DNA of 29,328 nucleotides from Octopus sinensis (taxonomy: Eukaryota), in NCBI RefSeq assembly GCF_006345805.1, contig NW_021832817.1, forward strand, positions 1 to 29,328, in the 5' to 3' direction. Below, piece by piece: positions 11,059-21,231 of the stretch. How positions within the stretch are numbered: position 1 is the first letter of the stretch; each line of letters starts with the position of its first letter. Under the pieces are notes generated by a model. That model saw nothing but the letters and a program-made list of their open reading frames with translations, had not been told where the DNA came from and searched no databases. A program made the translations under genes and the position numbers.

Positions 11059-11789
11059 TCTAATTTAAATCAGGAACATAACATTAAGAAAATATATCTC
11101 CCAAGATGTGGTGGGTAAAATTCATGTGCTTTAAAAGTTTATTCTATTAAGGATGATGGGGCTGGCAACACTGAATTTTAGCAAAGGCATTCAGATACTT
11201 TTTGAATCTACTGTAGAATTTTATACGGGTTTCGTTAATGCTAATAATAATGTCAAAAATAATGTAAATACGTGTTAGGATGCGATACTTCAGTTAACTT
11301 TCTTTGGAACATAAGTGAAGAATCAAACAAAATCCAACGAATAGAATTCTTTCTTTGTACGGTTCGTGTAAGTATATTAACGTTAGTCAGATAATAATAC
11401 AAATAATATCGATTCTAACTGCCTGGATGCGCTGAAGTTTTGTGGTGACGTGACAAGCGTGAAGACGGAGATAATGGAGTAAGGTTTCCAAACGTGTTAT
11501 CATGGCGCCGCATATTTACACTACGTATTATGTTCTTTCGTAAATACGAGTAGTCAAACATTAGAGTTAATAACACAGAATTGCATTCACATACAGTATA
11601 TTACGATGTGTTGTGTGTTCTTTTGATGGGAAATATCTTAGAGGATGCTAATCGGAAATGTTTTAAATTCACAATATGGAATATGACGGTTTTATAAACC
11701 TATTGAGAGTACAATGAATCTATCACCTCTGCAGGTGGCTGATACGATTGCAGTATAAACGAACGAACGAACGTATATACTTGTGTGCA

Positions 11790-11822
11790 AATGGATATAT
11801 ACATGCACATATATATATAATA

Positions 11823-11884
<62 letters not shown>

Positions 11885-11924
11885 CATATATATATATATA
11901 GGTGCATATATATATATATATATA

Positions 11925-11965
<41 letters not shown>

Positions 11966-12005
11966 CAATACAATATATATACATACATACATACATATAT
12001 ACATT

Positions 12006-12036
<31 letters not shown>

Positions 12037-12300
12037 CACTAATTAGTTACAGTGTATAAAGTCGGTAACTATACCATTACTTCTTAATTATATATATATG
12101 TATATAATATATATATATATATATATTATATATATAATATATAATATTATATATATATAGTATATATATATATATATATATAATATATATAGCTAATATA
12201 TATATATATATATGCCCACACGTACACACATACATATAAGCATACATACATAAAAACATAATAAATACAAACATATACATACATACAAACATACATACAT
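11790..12300. repeat. Long interrupted (TA)n/(TACA)n block
   Basis: Visible runs. Confidence 0.95.
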
Positions 12301-12301
12301 A

Positions 12302-12700
12302 CGGGGTGCCCCAAAATTAAGGCAACGAACTTCTTTTCAATTTTATCATAGAAAAATATTATTAAATTTGGAGTCCGAGCGTTGCGATGCAATGGTAAAG
12401 GAAACACAATTATGACATTACCACATTTATTCGATATGACCACCTCTGTTTCGAATCACAGCCTTACGTCTAGGTGCGAATGCTAAACATGCGGTCAGGC
12501 AACTGTTCTTGTGGCATCGAAGCCCGTTCCTGGCGCAATTTTGCCTTCAGAGCGTGAGCGAATCATGAGGAGTGCTCGAGACCCTCGTCTCCAAAATGAA
12601 CCAAACAGAAAATCCAACAGGTTGAGATCGGGGTTTCTCGAGGGCTATACAGCCTTGCCTATGAACGACGGACTGTTTTTCGGACTCGAGCACTAGGTGA
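12302..12700 (-). mobile_element. Tc1/mariner transposon right end (maT/DD37D-like), decayed
   Basis: TA followed by TIR CGGGGTGCCCCAAAATTAAGGCAAC. The minus strand, with frameshifts, reads PDLNLLDF...VWFILETRV...LKAKLRQE...AVIRNRGGHIE* (stop 12427-12429). No partner TIR was seen in the window. Subfamily assignment is from motif resemblance only. Confidence 0.85.
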
Positions 12701-12726
12701 TCAAGATGATATAATATACATATATA

Positions 12727-12776
<50 letters not shown>

Positions 12777-12825
12777 GGAGATATCTTACCGTTTTACCAA
12801 TATATATATATATATATATATATAT

Positions 12826-12952
12826 ACGACGGGCTTCACTCACAAGTCTTTGGTCGGCCCGAAGCTAGAGTATAACACATTTGACCAGTGTGCCATGCAG
12901 TAGGACTGAACCCGGAACTATGTGATTGGGAACCAAGCTTCTTACCACATAG
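12826..12952 (-). mobile_element. Family C SINE head (diverged)
   Basis: Reverse complement aligns to 14048-14206 and 27490-27632; ends in cccgtcg(TA)n. Confidence 0.75.
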
Positions 12953-13649
12953 GTTCTCTTGCTGTGAGATACATAGATATATACAGATGATATATAGATA
13001 GCGATCTCGCTAGATAGGTAGATAGATATTGAAAATTAATAAGGAAACAAAATCAAAATTAAGCATGATTGTATGAGGGTAGGTTTGCGTTAATGTTATC
13101 CTATAGAAGAGAGAGAGGGGAGGAGAGAAGGAGAGAGGAGAGAGAGGGAGAGAGAGATATTTCGTGTACGATCTATACCAGTTAGACAATGCTTCTATCA
13201 TGAAGATATTTAAAGACATGATATACTCTTCGATTGAGCAGTGTTTTATGCAGAACCAATACATACTTGAAAACATTTGAAATTGGCTAATTAAATTACA
13301 AAACAGTATTTGATAATTATATATAAAACAAACATGGAAAATATCTATCACAATTTATTGTCTAATTGTTCGATATAATTGAAGGGTTTCGACATTTTCA
13401 AATAATAAACTGCAATTTTCAAGGAAAGTGAATTTAAATTCCTGCAAAATAAACAGTAGCTTTGTACTAGTTTTTTTTTTTTTCACCCAAAAGCCGAAAC
13501 AAACATTTAAAGTACAAATTTTCAATAAATTTAAATCAATCACAATTTCATATTCTTAACGAAGTTATTGATCAGAATATAAATCGTATAACACATGTTT
13601 TGTTTTAGCAAAGTTTGTATATAACCTCTAAATCATTCACCATATTCAT

Positions 13650-13656
13650 GAGTGTG

Positions 13657-13712
<56 letters not shown>

Positions 13713-13887
13713 TGTGTGTGTGTGCGTGTGTGTCTATGTGTGTGTATGAGTGCGTGTATGTATGTACGTACGTGTTTGTGTGTGTGAGTGTGTAAGCACT
13801 CGAATATCAAAATGTATGATAGGGATATATACATGTATGTATGGACTTATGCACATCACACTATCATATCTAACTAGAGAGAGAGAG

Positions 13888-13923
<36 letters not shown>

Positions 13924-14047
13924 TTTGCATACATGTATGTGTGTATGTGTGCGTGTATTATATACATATATATATATATACATATAATATATATATATAA
14001 TTATATATATATATATGGAGAGAGAGAGAGATACATTTATGTATATA
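13650..14047. repeat. Compound (TG)/(GATA)/(TA)/(GA) microsatellite block
   Basis: Visible runs. Confidence 0.93.
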
Positions 14048-14206
14048 GGCGCAAGCGTGGCTATGTGGTAAGAAGCTTGCTTCCCAACCACATGGTTCCA
14101 CATGATTGTGTGGCACCTTGGGCAAGTGTCTTCTACTATAGCCTCGGGCTGACCAAAGCCCTGTGAGTAGATTTGGCAGATGGAAAAATGAAAGGACAAC
14201 TCGTCG
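14048..14206 (+). mobile_element. Family C SINE head with CORE-like segment, running into (TA)n
   Basis: ggcgcaagcgtggctatgtggtaag...caccttgggcaagtgtcttctactatagcc...cgtcg(TA)n; B-box region altered. Confidence 0.85.
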
Positions 14207-14219
14207 TATATATATATTA

Positions 14220-14260
<41 letters not shown>

Positions 14261-14377
14261 TATATATATATTATATATATATATATATAGTTAATCCAAA
14301 CAAGAAAACACAAAAAAAATACAACGCGAGGACGTGGAACAAATATAGTATTATTGGATACTCAGGAAAGAAGGAGG

Positions 14378-14412
14378 GTTTAACGTTTCGAGCGGAGCTC
14401 TTCGTCGGAAAC
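14378..14412 (-). ncRNA. Minimal type I hammerhead-like motif (U4>C variant)
   Basis: Stem I gttt/aaac; core CCGACGA; stem II gagc/gctc; GAAA; palindromic ACGT stem III; putative GUU site. Confidence 0.5.
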
Positions 14413-14617
14413 ATAGGAGAAGGAAAGATCCAGAGAAGGGAAGACAGAGGAAAAAAAATCGCCAACGGTACACACGAGGTCACATATTGATGGAAATGGT
14501 AAGACAACAAACGAATGAAAGAAACCTCGATATTAGGTAAATAGAGGAATTTATCTGTAAATGTAATATGTAATATTTAGAGGAATTTATCTGTAAAATG
14601 TAATATTCGGTAGCCAT

Positions 14618-14677
14618 GATAAAAGTCCGAGTTTCGAATGTCGGGTGGAAATCCACACCGCCATCTCTTCAGTTATC
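14618..14677 (-). ncRNA. Type I hammerhead-like motif with intact CUGAAGA/GAAA core
   Basis: Stem I gataa/ttatc; long stem II gatg-g-cgg-t-gtgg-attt-ccac-ccg-a-catt; stem III has one mismatch. Confidence 0.6.
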
Positions 14678-14955
14678 CGGCCATCGAAAAAATGCTATGA
14701 AAATGACCGTTAAACAAAGGAAAATTACTGTGTGATTGACCGTTATTAAGACAAGAGAGCTATTTGAATGACCGCTAAGTGAGGGGAGATAGTAAAATAA
14801 GGGGGTAAAATATACATAGTATTCGCGTAATTGCGCATGTGCCTACCTACACGTGCGCGCCCGGACACCCACGTACATGCGCCTATAAGTATACACTCAT
14901 CCACCCTCACTTGAAACATACATATTCTCACCCACACCATTCCCCAAAATATGTA

Positions 14956-15000
<45 letters not shown>

Positions 15001-15757
15001 ACTACACACAATCCCACACATACACGTACCAAAAAGGTTCATACACACCTCTGTATACACGCAAGCGTAAGAAAAACAGGGCTAAAGGCAAAAATGTTTC
15101 TTCTTGTGCATGTGCGTATATAGACGTTTGTATAAACTTTTTTGTGCACGTGTGTTTCTGTGTGCATATATAGACATGTGCGGGTATGCGCATATATAGA
15201 CGTGTGCTTGTGTGTGTGCATACTATTATTGCTTATTTTTTATACTTCTTTACACTTTTTTCTGTATTGTTGCACTTAGCCGTTTTTTCTTGTGCTTGTG
15301 CGTATATTCAAACCAGGTTTCTGGTTAGTAGAAACCTTCTACATTCATTTCCTCCAATCTTTCACGCCTTGCATAGACACAGCACTATTTCCTCACAAAG
15401 GGTTGAAAGTGTTTTTCTATATACATCTTTCATAAGTGTATTAGCACGAGTGTTGCCAGTGAATGGAACCCCGTGAATATGCTATAAAGAGTCAAAAAAG
15501 TATCAGTGGGGGGATGGGGCTCGTGGGGTCAGGGCTGAACCCAAACACCACTCCATTTGTACTGTTTTTGTTTGCAAATTCATTCGTTTATATATGCTTT
15601 AAGTTTTAACTTCATTTTTATTGTAATTATATATCGAACATCTGACCACCAAATCAAGTTGTGTGATCCCCATCTTTGTCGGCCCCTAGTGGGCCATAAA
15701 GAAATATTTCATAAATGCATGATATGACTTCTGGCATAGGTGTACTCGATTATACTC

Positions 15758-16030
15758 TTGTTGTTGTTGTTGTTAAGCAACAAGACGGGTAGGGGTGATT
15801 AGGTGATGGTCTAGGGCTTAGGGGCGGGAGACCCCAGAGCTTGGAAAAAATCTTTGGTCATTTTGTTGTAGTCAAGGGCTCTTCGTTGACGCCCGACACC
15901 ACTGGGAGGTGGCCCTCGAAGTCGCTGGAAATGGAGATCTCCAGGTCCAAATTCTTGAACGGCCGATTATGCTCTAGAAGGCGGTGTTTCGGTATGACCA
16001 ACGCCCAGTGATTGAAACCAGTCAAAATTA
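15758..16030 (-). mobile_element. Possible LINE 3' fragment with (CAA)n tail
   Basis: GC-richer island ending, on the minus strand, in (CAA)n; no recognisable protein motif or TSD. Confidence 0.3.
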
Positions 16031-17725
16031 TTCAAGTGTTTGTAAGGTTTGCGTGATAAGCTAGTCTCCACGTGCGAATTTTTCTCCTGAAAATCAAGTT
16101 CATAATTTTTTTTTATATATTTTGAAAATATAATTTGAAAATGATTTTAATACGATTTTTTCTCGTTCATTTTTATTGTTATTGTTGCTGTTGTGGCTGT
16201 TTTGCTTTTGTTTTGTGCTTTTTGGAGGATGTAATTTTTTTTCTGTCGTTATTGTTTATTTAAATGTCTAGAGCGGGTTGTTAAAGCGTCTCGAGAATTT
16301 TTGTTGAAAGTTGTTAAAAAGAAAATATAACAAATAAGCATTGGTTAAATGTGAGATTTGTTCACGCCTTAGGGGAATATCTGTTAGATTGTAATACAAA
16401 TGGCAAATGAAAAGAACATAATTTAGGGTGTGGAGGAGGCGGGAGAAGAAGAATATGATGTATTTTTATTTTTGTACATTTTCTTAATTATTCTTATATA
16501 TTTCTTTGTATTTTATATATTGCTATATATTTCATTATATTTTATATATTTTTATTATATACTTTTTTCAGTTTTTCTTTTTCTTTTATTATCTTATTTT
16601 GTCATCATTCGTTTATTTGTCATTGTTTTGTCTTCCCGCTGGGTACAAGAATATGCTGAGCGGGTAAATTTCATTGTCGCACGGTAGAGTCATTAGTATT
16701 GAAAGAAACTTGATGAAAATCGTTTTAGAACGGAGGAAATGGTAGATTAAAGCAGAGTTTGAGAAAATCAAAAACAAAGTGATAACGGAATAAACAAGGA
16801 GGGTGAAATGGGTTTGGTGGTGTTACAAAACTGAAAATAATGTCGTTTATTGGAGAATATGATGGATCAATGGAATTTTAAAGCCGTTCAAGTTTTTACT
16901 GGGAGAAAAAATAGTTGTTTTTGTTTGTTTTTATCTTTTGTTGTACTTATTGATTTTGTTTTCACTTTTCTTAAGAATTTACTAATCAAATCATTTAGTA
17001 ATATTTTTTTTTTTTTTTTTTGGAGAGGGAGATTTTTTATGGAACTTTGTTAAACCATAATCTGGTTTAAATGCGGTGAGTTTCATCTACTGCTATCTCT
17101 GTTTTGTTTTTTTTTTTCCTTTTGTTCTTAGCACAAAACAAGCAATTTTTTCCCGCTCAAAAATGTCCACACTTTACTTTTGAAAAGAGTCCTTCGAATT
17201 CGAAGAAGTTATCATGCATTTATTACAAAGAATATAATTCAAATATCTCCTACAGCTAGATTTTGTGTGATGCAACAGAACCAATCCCGCTTTCTTAATC
17301 TAATACGCAAACACATACATTTTAGAACAGGTGAGAAGGCGGTTGAAAACAACAACGGCGCATTATATGTCCTGTTATCTGCTTCGGAAACCTGATAGAC
17401 AGAGTTGTCTCTGCCAGGATTTGATCGCAGAATTTAAGCATGATGTAAATAAAGATTTCGTCATTTAGTCTGACGCTGTAAATTTCCATATCAAAGTAAT
17501 TATGAAAATATGCACTCTGCCGTTCATATATCTCGGATTTCTTTTTATAAAAAATGAGAGGGAAAATTCAAAAGTCTGTCGAAAGAAAATTGATTTACGT
17601 TTTGTTTATCACTCAAAGGAATTAATAACCCAAGTTTAAAAAAAAACTGACAGCCACTAGGAATTAAAATCGTATCACGAAGGGCCTCATTGAACATTTC
17701 TCTGTTTAATATCCTCTCATCACCT

Positions 17726-17980
17726 AAGGCGGTGAACTGGCAGAATCGTTAGCACGCCGGGCGAAATGCTTAGCAGTATTTCGTCTGCCGCTGCGTTCTG
17801 AGTTCAAATTCCGTCGACTTTGCCTTTCATCCCTTTCGGGGTCGATTAAATAAGTACCAGTTACGCACTGGGGTCGATATAATCGACTTAAACCATTTGT
17901 CTGTTCTTGTTTGTCCTCTGTGTGGGTAGTAAAGAAATAGGTATTTCGTCTGCCGCTACGTTCTGAGTTCAAATTCCGCC
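17726..17980 (+). mobile_element. Family M SINE (tail type 2) with loop-back restart
   Basis: Full head; after aaagaaatag the sequence restarts at gtatttcgtctgcc (17941), a copy of 17776 onward. Confidence 0.92.
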
Positions 17981-18180
17981 CACCCCCTAATTCATTGTTT
18001 GACAACCGGTGTTGCTGCGTTTACGCCCCCGTAACTCAGAGGTTCGGCAAAATAACCAATATAATAAGTACCAGCCTTTAGAAAAAGAAGTACTAGAGTC
18101 GATTCATTCAGCTAAAAAAAGATCCCTTAAAGCAGTGCCCCAGTATGACCGCAGTCTAATGACGGAAACAAATAAAAAGA
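17981..18180 (+). mobile_element. Family C SINE tail (diverged)
   Basis: tgacaaccggtgttg...cgtaactcagaggttcggcaaa...gaccgcagtctaatgacggaaacaaataaaaaga. Confidence 0.8.
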
Positions 18181-18459
18181 TAAATGATATTTCTTCAGTA
18201 ATGTTTCCGAGTCTCTGTTTAATTTCTGTTTTTCAAATGTTAGTTCGATTCGATCTGCGTTATGAAATTTTCCTTCATTTCTTCATTATTAAAAAAAAAC
18301 AAATTAACCCTCGGAAACATAACTCTGTCAAACTTCATAAAAGATATGCATTAGATGTCCTTCTTGTGTTTCTACTATAAACCCATATTTCCAATTTTCG
18401 TTACCGCCGTATCGGTTTATGTACCCCCAAAATGCTGATTTATGTTGCTGGGAGCAGCT

Positions 18460-18553
18460 ATAGGAGTGGTTGTGTGGTAATGAAGCTTACTTCCCAACCA
18501 CATGGCTCTGGGTTCGGTCCCACTGCGTGGCATCTTGGACTAGCGTCTTCTAT
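18460..18553 (+). mobile_element. Family C SINE head, 3'-truncated
   Basis: ggagtggttgtgtggtaatgaagctt...gggttcggtcccactgcgtggcatcttgg. Confidence 0.8.
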
Positions 18554-18611
18554 TTACTAAATCCTTAATGGCAAATCAAATCATTTTATTTCACGTAAGT
18601 TTTTGTTTGTA

Positions 18612-19170
18612 AGAAGGCACATGGCTTGGTGGTAAGTACTTTCGGTTCCCAATCGTAAGGTTCTGAGTTCGATTCCCGACGGTGCGCTGTGCCTTTGAGC
18701 AAGACACTTTATTTTACGTTGTCCCTGTGAACTCAACTGACGAAAATGAGTTGTACCTGTATAGCAAAGGGACAGCCTTGTCACATTCACGCTAAATCTC
18801 CCTGAGAACTACGTTAACGATACATGGGTCTGTATAAGGCGGCGAGCTGGCAGAATCGTTAGCACGCCGGGCGAAATGCTTAGCGGTATTTCGTCTGCCG
18901 TTACGTTCCGAGTTCAAATTCTGCCGAGGTCCACTTTGCCTTTCATCCTTTCGGGGTCGATTAAATAAGTACCAGTTACGTACTGGGGTCGATATAATCG
19001 ACTTAATCCGTTTGTTTGTCCCCTCTGTGTTTAGCCCCTTGTGGGTAGTAAAGAAATAGGTACATGGGTCTGTGGAGTGCACAGTCACTTGCACGTTATT
19101 AATTTCATAAGTAGGCTGTTCAGTTGAGCGGATCAACTGGAACACTCGTCGTAGTAAGCGACGGAGAGCC
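18612..19170 (+). mobile_element. SINE with head B + tail Y, interrupted by a nested family M SINE
   Basis: Head and CORE-like centre align with 6410-6560; tail aligns with 6990-7160 once 18834-19073 is removed. Confidence 0.82.
18834..19060 (+). mobile_element. Nested family M SINE (tail type 2), well preserved
   Basis: Perfect 13-bp TSD tacatgggtctgt at 18821-18833 and 19061-19073. Confidence 0.95.
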
Positions 19171-19767
19171 TAAAGAAGAAAGGAGAGGCTTCTACAACGT
19201 CTAAGTAAACAGTGTGAACTTTACGTAAGCAGTTTATTTCTCCACTCGAAAGCTGAACTCAGTTGCAAACGTCTTTAAAGGGTGTGTTTATATTATTAAA
19301 TGATATCAGAAATGTGTTTCACTAAATACAAAAGTATCAACTAATTAAAATCATTTGTTTAATTTATATCAACCAGATTAGTTGTTAATCACTTGATTGG
19401 GTTTCTTTGTTGAGCTACTAAGTACTAATTACATTCTTAATATTCGCTGATACATAAGATGTTCTAATAACACTACTAAAATGGGATGATATATCTCAAA
19501 TAATATATGACAGCGCAAATGTTGAAGAAACCTTTTGATAAATTCATCTGAAAAGAAAGCCTTAGCGGTAGATTGGACAGGCGGGGCTAAATTAATAATT
19601 TCTAAATGGGATTCATTTGTTCTAGTTCTGGAATAAAGCTAATTGTTTATTCAATTTGTAAGAATGATTTAATCTATGGAACTAACAATTAGTAAAACAT
19701 ATAGAAAATTGAATTAGGATTAGGTTCTAAATAAGATGTCTAATTTCGGATTACTTTGGTAGAAGGC

Positions 19768-19940
19768 TAGCAATTTCGGGGAAGCGGATTACATCGACCC
19801 AGTGTCCAATTTGTACTTATTTTATCGAGCTTGAAAAGCAAAGTCGACCACAGCGACATTTCAACTCAGAAAGTAAAAATGGACCGAATGTCGCTTAGCA
19901 TTTTTTTCCAGTTCGCTAATGATTCTGCCAGCTCGCCGCT
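19768..19940 (-). mobile_element. Family M SINE (tail type 1), diverged
   Basis: Reverse complement aagcggcgagctggcagaatc...gtcgactttgc...ggtcgatgtaatcc. Confidence 0.8.
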
Positions 19941-20085
19941 TTGGATTAACCTACTATTAGTTTTAATATCCGTAATTCGATTGTGGATGTAAAGATAAAT
20001 ATATAAATATGTTAATCTTAGCAAAACATTAATTTCGAAAATATACTTGTTTTCGTTCAAAAGTTAATCATTATTTTACTATAAA

Positions 20086-20656
20086 AAGGCGGCGAGCTGG
20101 CAGAAACGTTAGCACGCCGGGCGAAATGCGTAGCCGTATTTCATCTGCCGTTACGTTCTGAGTTCAAATTCCGCCGAGGTCGACTTTGCCTTTCATCCTT
20201 TTTGGGTCGATTAAATAAGTACCAGTTACGCACTGGGGTCGATATAATCGACTTAATCCGTTTGTCTGTCCTTGTTTGTCCTCTCTGTGTTTAGCCCCTT
20301 GCAGGTAGTAAATAAATAGGTATTTCGTCTGCTGCTACGTTCTACCCTGATGTAATCCCCTGATGTAATCTCCAGGGATACAGGCATCCAGCAACAGGAC
20401 GTCTGTAATGCTATGATGGACCGTGAAGTCTGGCGTAACATAGTAAATTCCATTGTCTCGACCACGGTCGAACATTGATGGTGACGTTCTGAGTTCAAAT
20501 TCCGCCGCGGTCGACTTTGCCTTTCATCCTTTCCGGTTCAATTAAATAAGTACCAGTTACGCACTGGGGTAGATATAATCAACTTAATCCGTTTGTCTGT
20601 CCTTGTTTGTCCTCTCTGTTTAGCCCCTTATGGGTAGTAAAGAAATTGGTATTTCG
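20086..20656 (+). mobile_element. Family M SINE, head + tandem body units, interrupted by an RTE fragment
   Basis: gtatttc restarts at 20136, 20320 and 20649; period is about 183 bp once the insertion is removed. Confidence 0.92.
20344..20483 (+). mobile_element. 5'-truncated RTE-like LINE 3' end (140 bp)
   Basis: Encodes PDVISRDTGIQQQDVCNAMMDREVWRNIVNSIVSTTVEH*, followed by a TGA-type tail; 7-bp TSD acgttct (20337-20343, 20484-20490). Confidence 0.8.
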
Positions 20657-21098
20657 TGTGTCTGTTATTGAAAATTTATTGTTGGGGTGTGTTCGTGAGT
20701 TTCTGTTAATTATTATACCTCTTATTGTGCCTATTGTTGGACTTATTGTCTAAAAATTGTATTATAGTTTTCTTTCGAAAGCTATCTGTGGTTTTCCACT
20801 GTGGGGTTAAAACATTAATTGCCGGCAAGATGCCGAAAAGTGTGTCTTCGTCTGGTGATGATTCATCGACTGAGCGGGAAGCGAGGAAGACGGAAAGTTC
20901 AATTTTTGATAACGTTTCTGATGTTTCGGAAAATGAATTCCCTGCTTTACCAAAATTTACGGATACCAAAAGAAATATAGAAGCAAAAACTATTCAAAAT
21001 GAAGAAAGAAAAGTTTTGCGTCAACAGCTGGTAGTGGAACGCGACAGCTGTCAACTGACAGAAAAGAATTATTAAAATACAAGGAAATGATAACAGAA

Positions 21099-21130
<32 letters not shown>

Positions 21131-21133
<3 letters not shown>

Positions 21134-21164
21134 TAATAATAATCATAAGAGTAATAATAATAAC

Positions 21165-21230
<66 letters not shown>
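21131..21230. repeat. (TAA)n tract, 5' flank of the Dong/R4 LINE
   Basis: Long AAT run ending at the element start. Confidence 0.95.

Positions 21231-21231
<1 letters not shown>

Larger units (their letters stand above)
14300..14690 (-). mobile_element. Penelope-like (pLTR-type) relic containing two hammerhead-like motifs
   Basis: Minus-strand motifs ccgacga-a-gagc/gctc-gaaacgtt and ctgaaga-g...c-gaaactc. The block acctcgatatta...agaggaatttatct is shared with 25284-25344 and 26318-26378. PLE origin is inferred from the motif type; no ORF is present. Confidence 0.6.

Noticed and set aside
15054-15306. Imperfect ~30-bp inverted repeat (15054-15085 / 15276-15306)
   Set aside because: Low identity in low-complexity sequence and no TSD; not enough to call a MITE.
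16430-16687. Hydrophobic F/I/L/Y-rich ORF resembling a membrane protein
   Set aside because: Arises from T-rich low-complexity DNA.
20725-21075. ORF with an acidic/Ser-rich stretch and NEFPALP, reminiscent of a LINE ORF1 N-terminus
   Set aside because: No diagnostic domain; it ends at a microsatellite and is not contiguous with the Dong ORF. A profile search would be needed.
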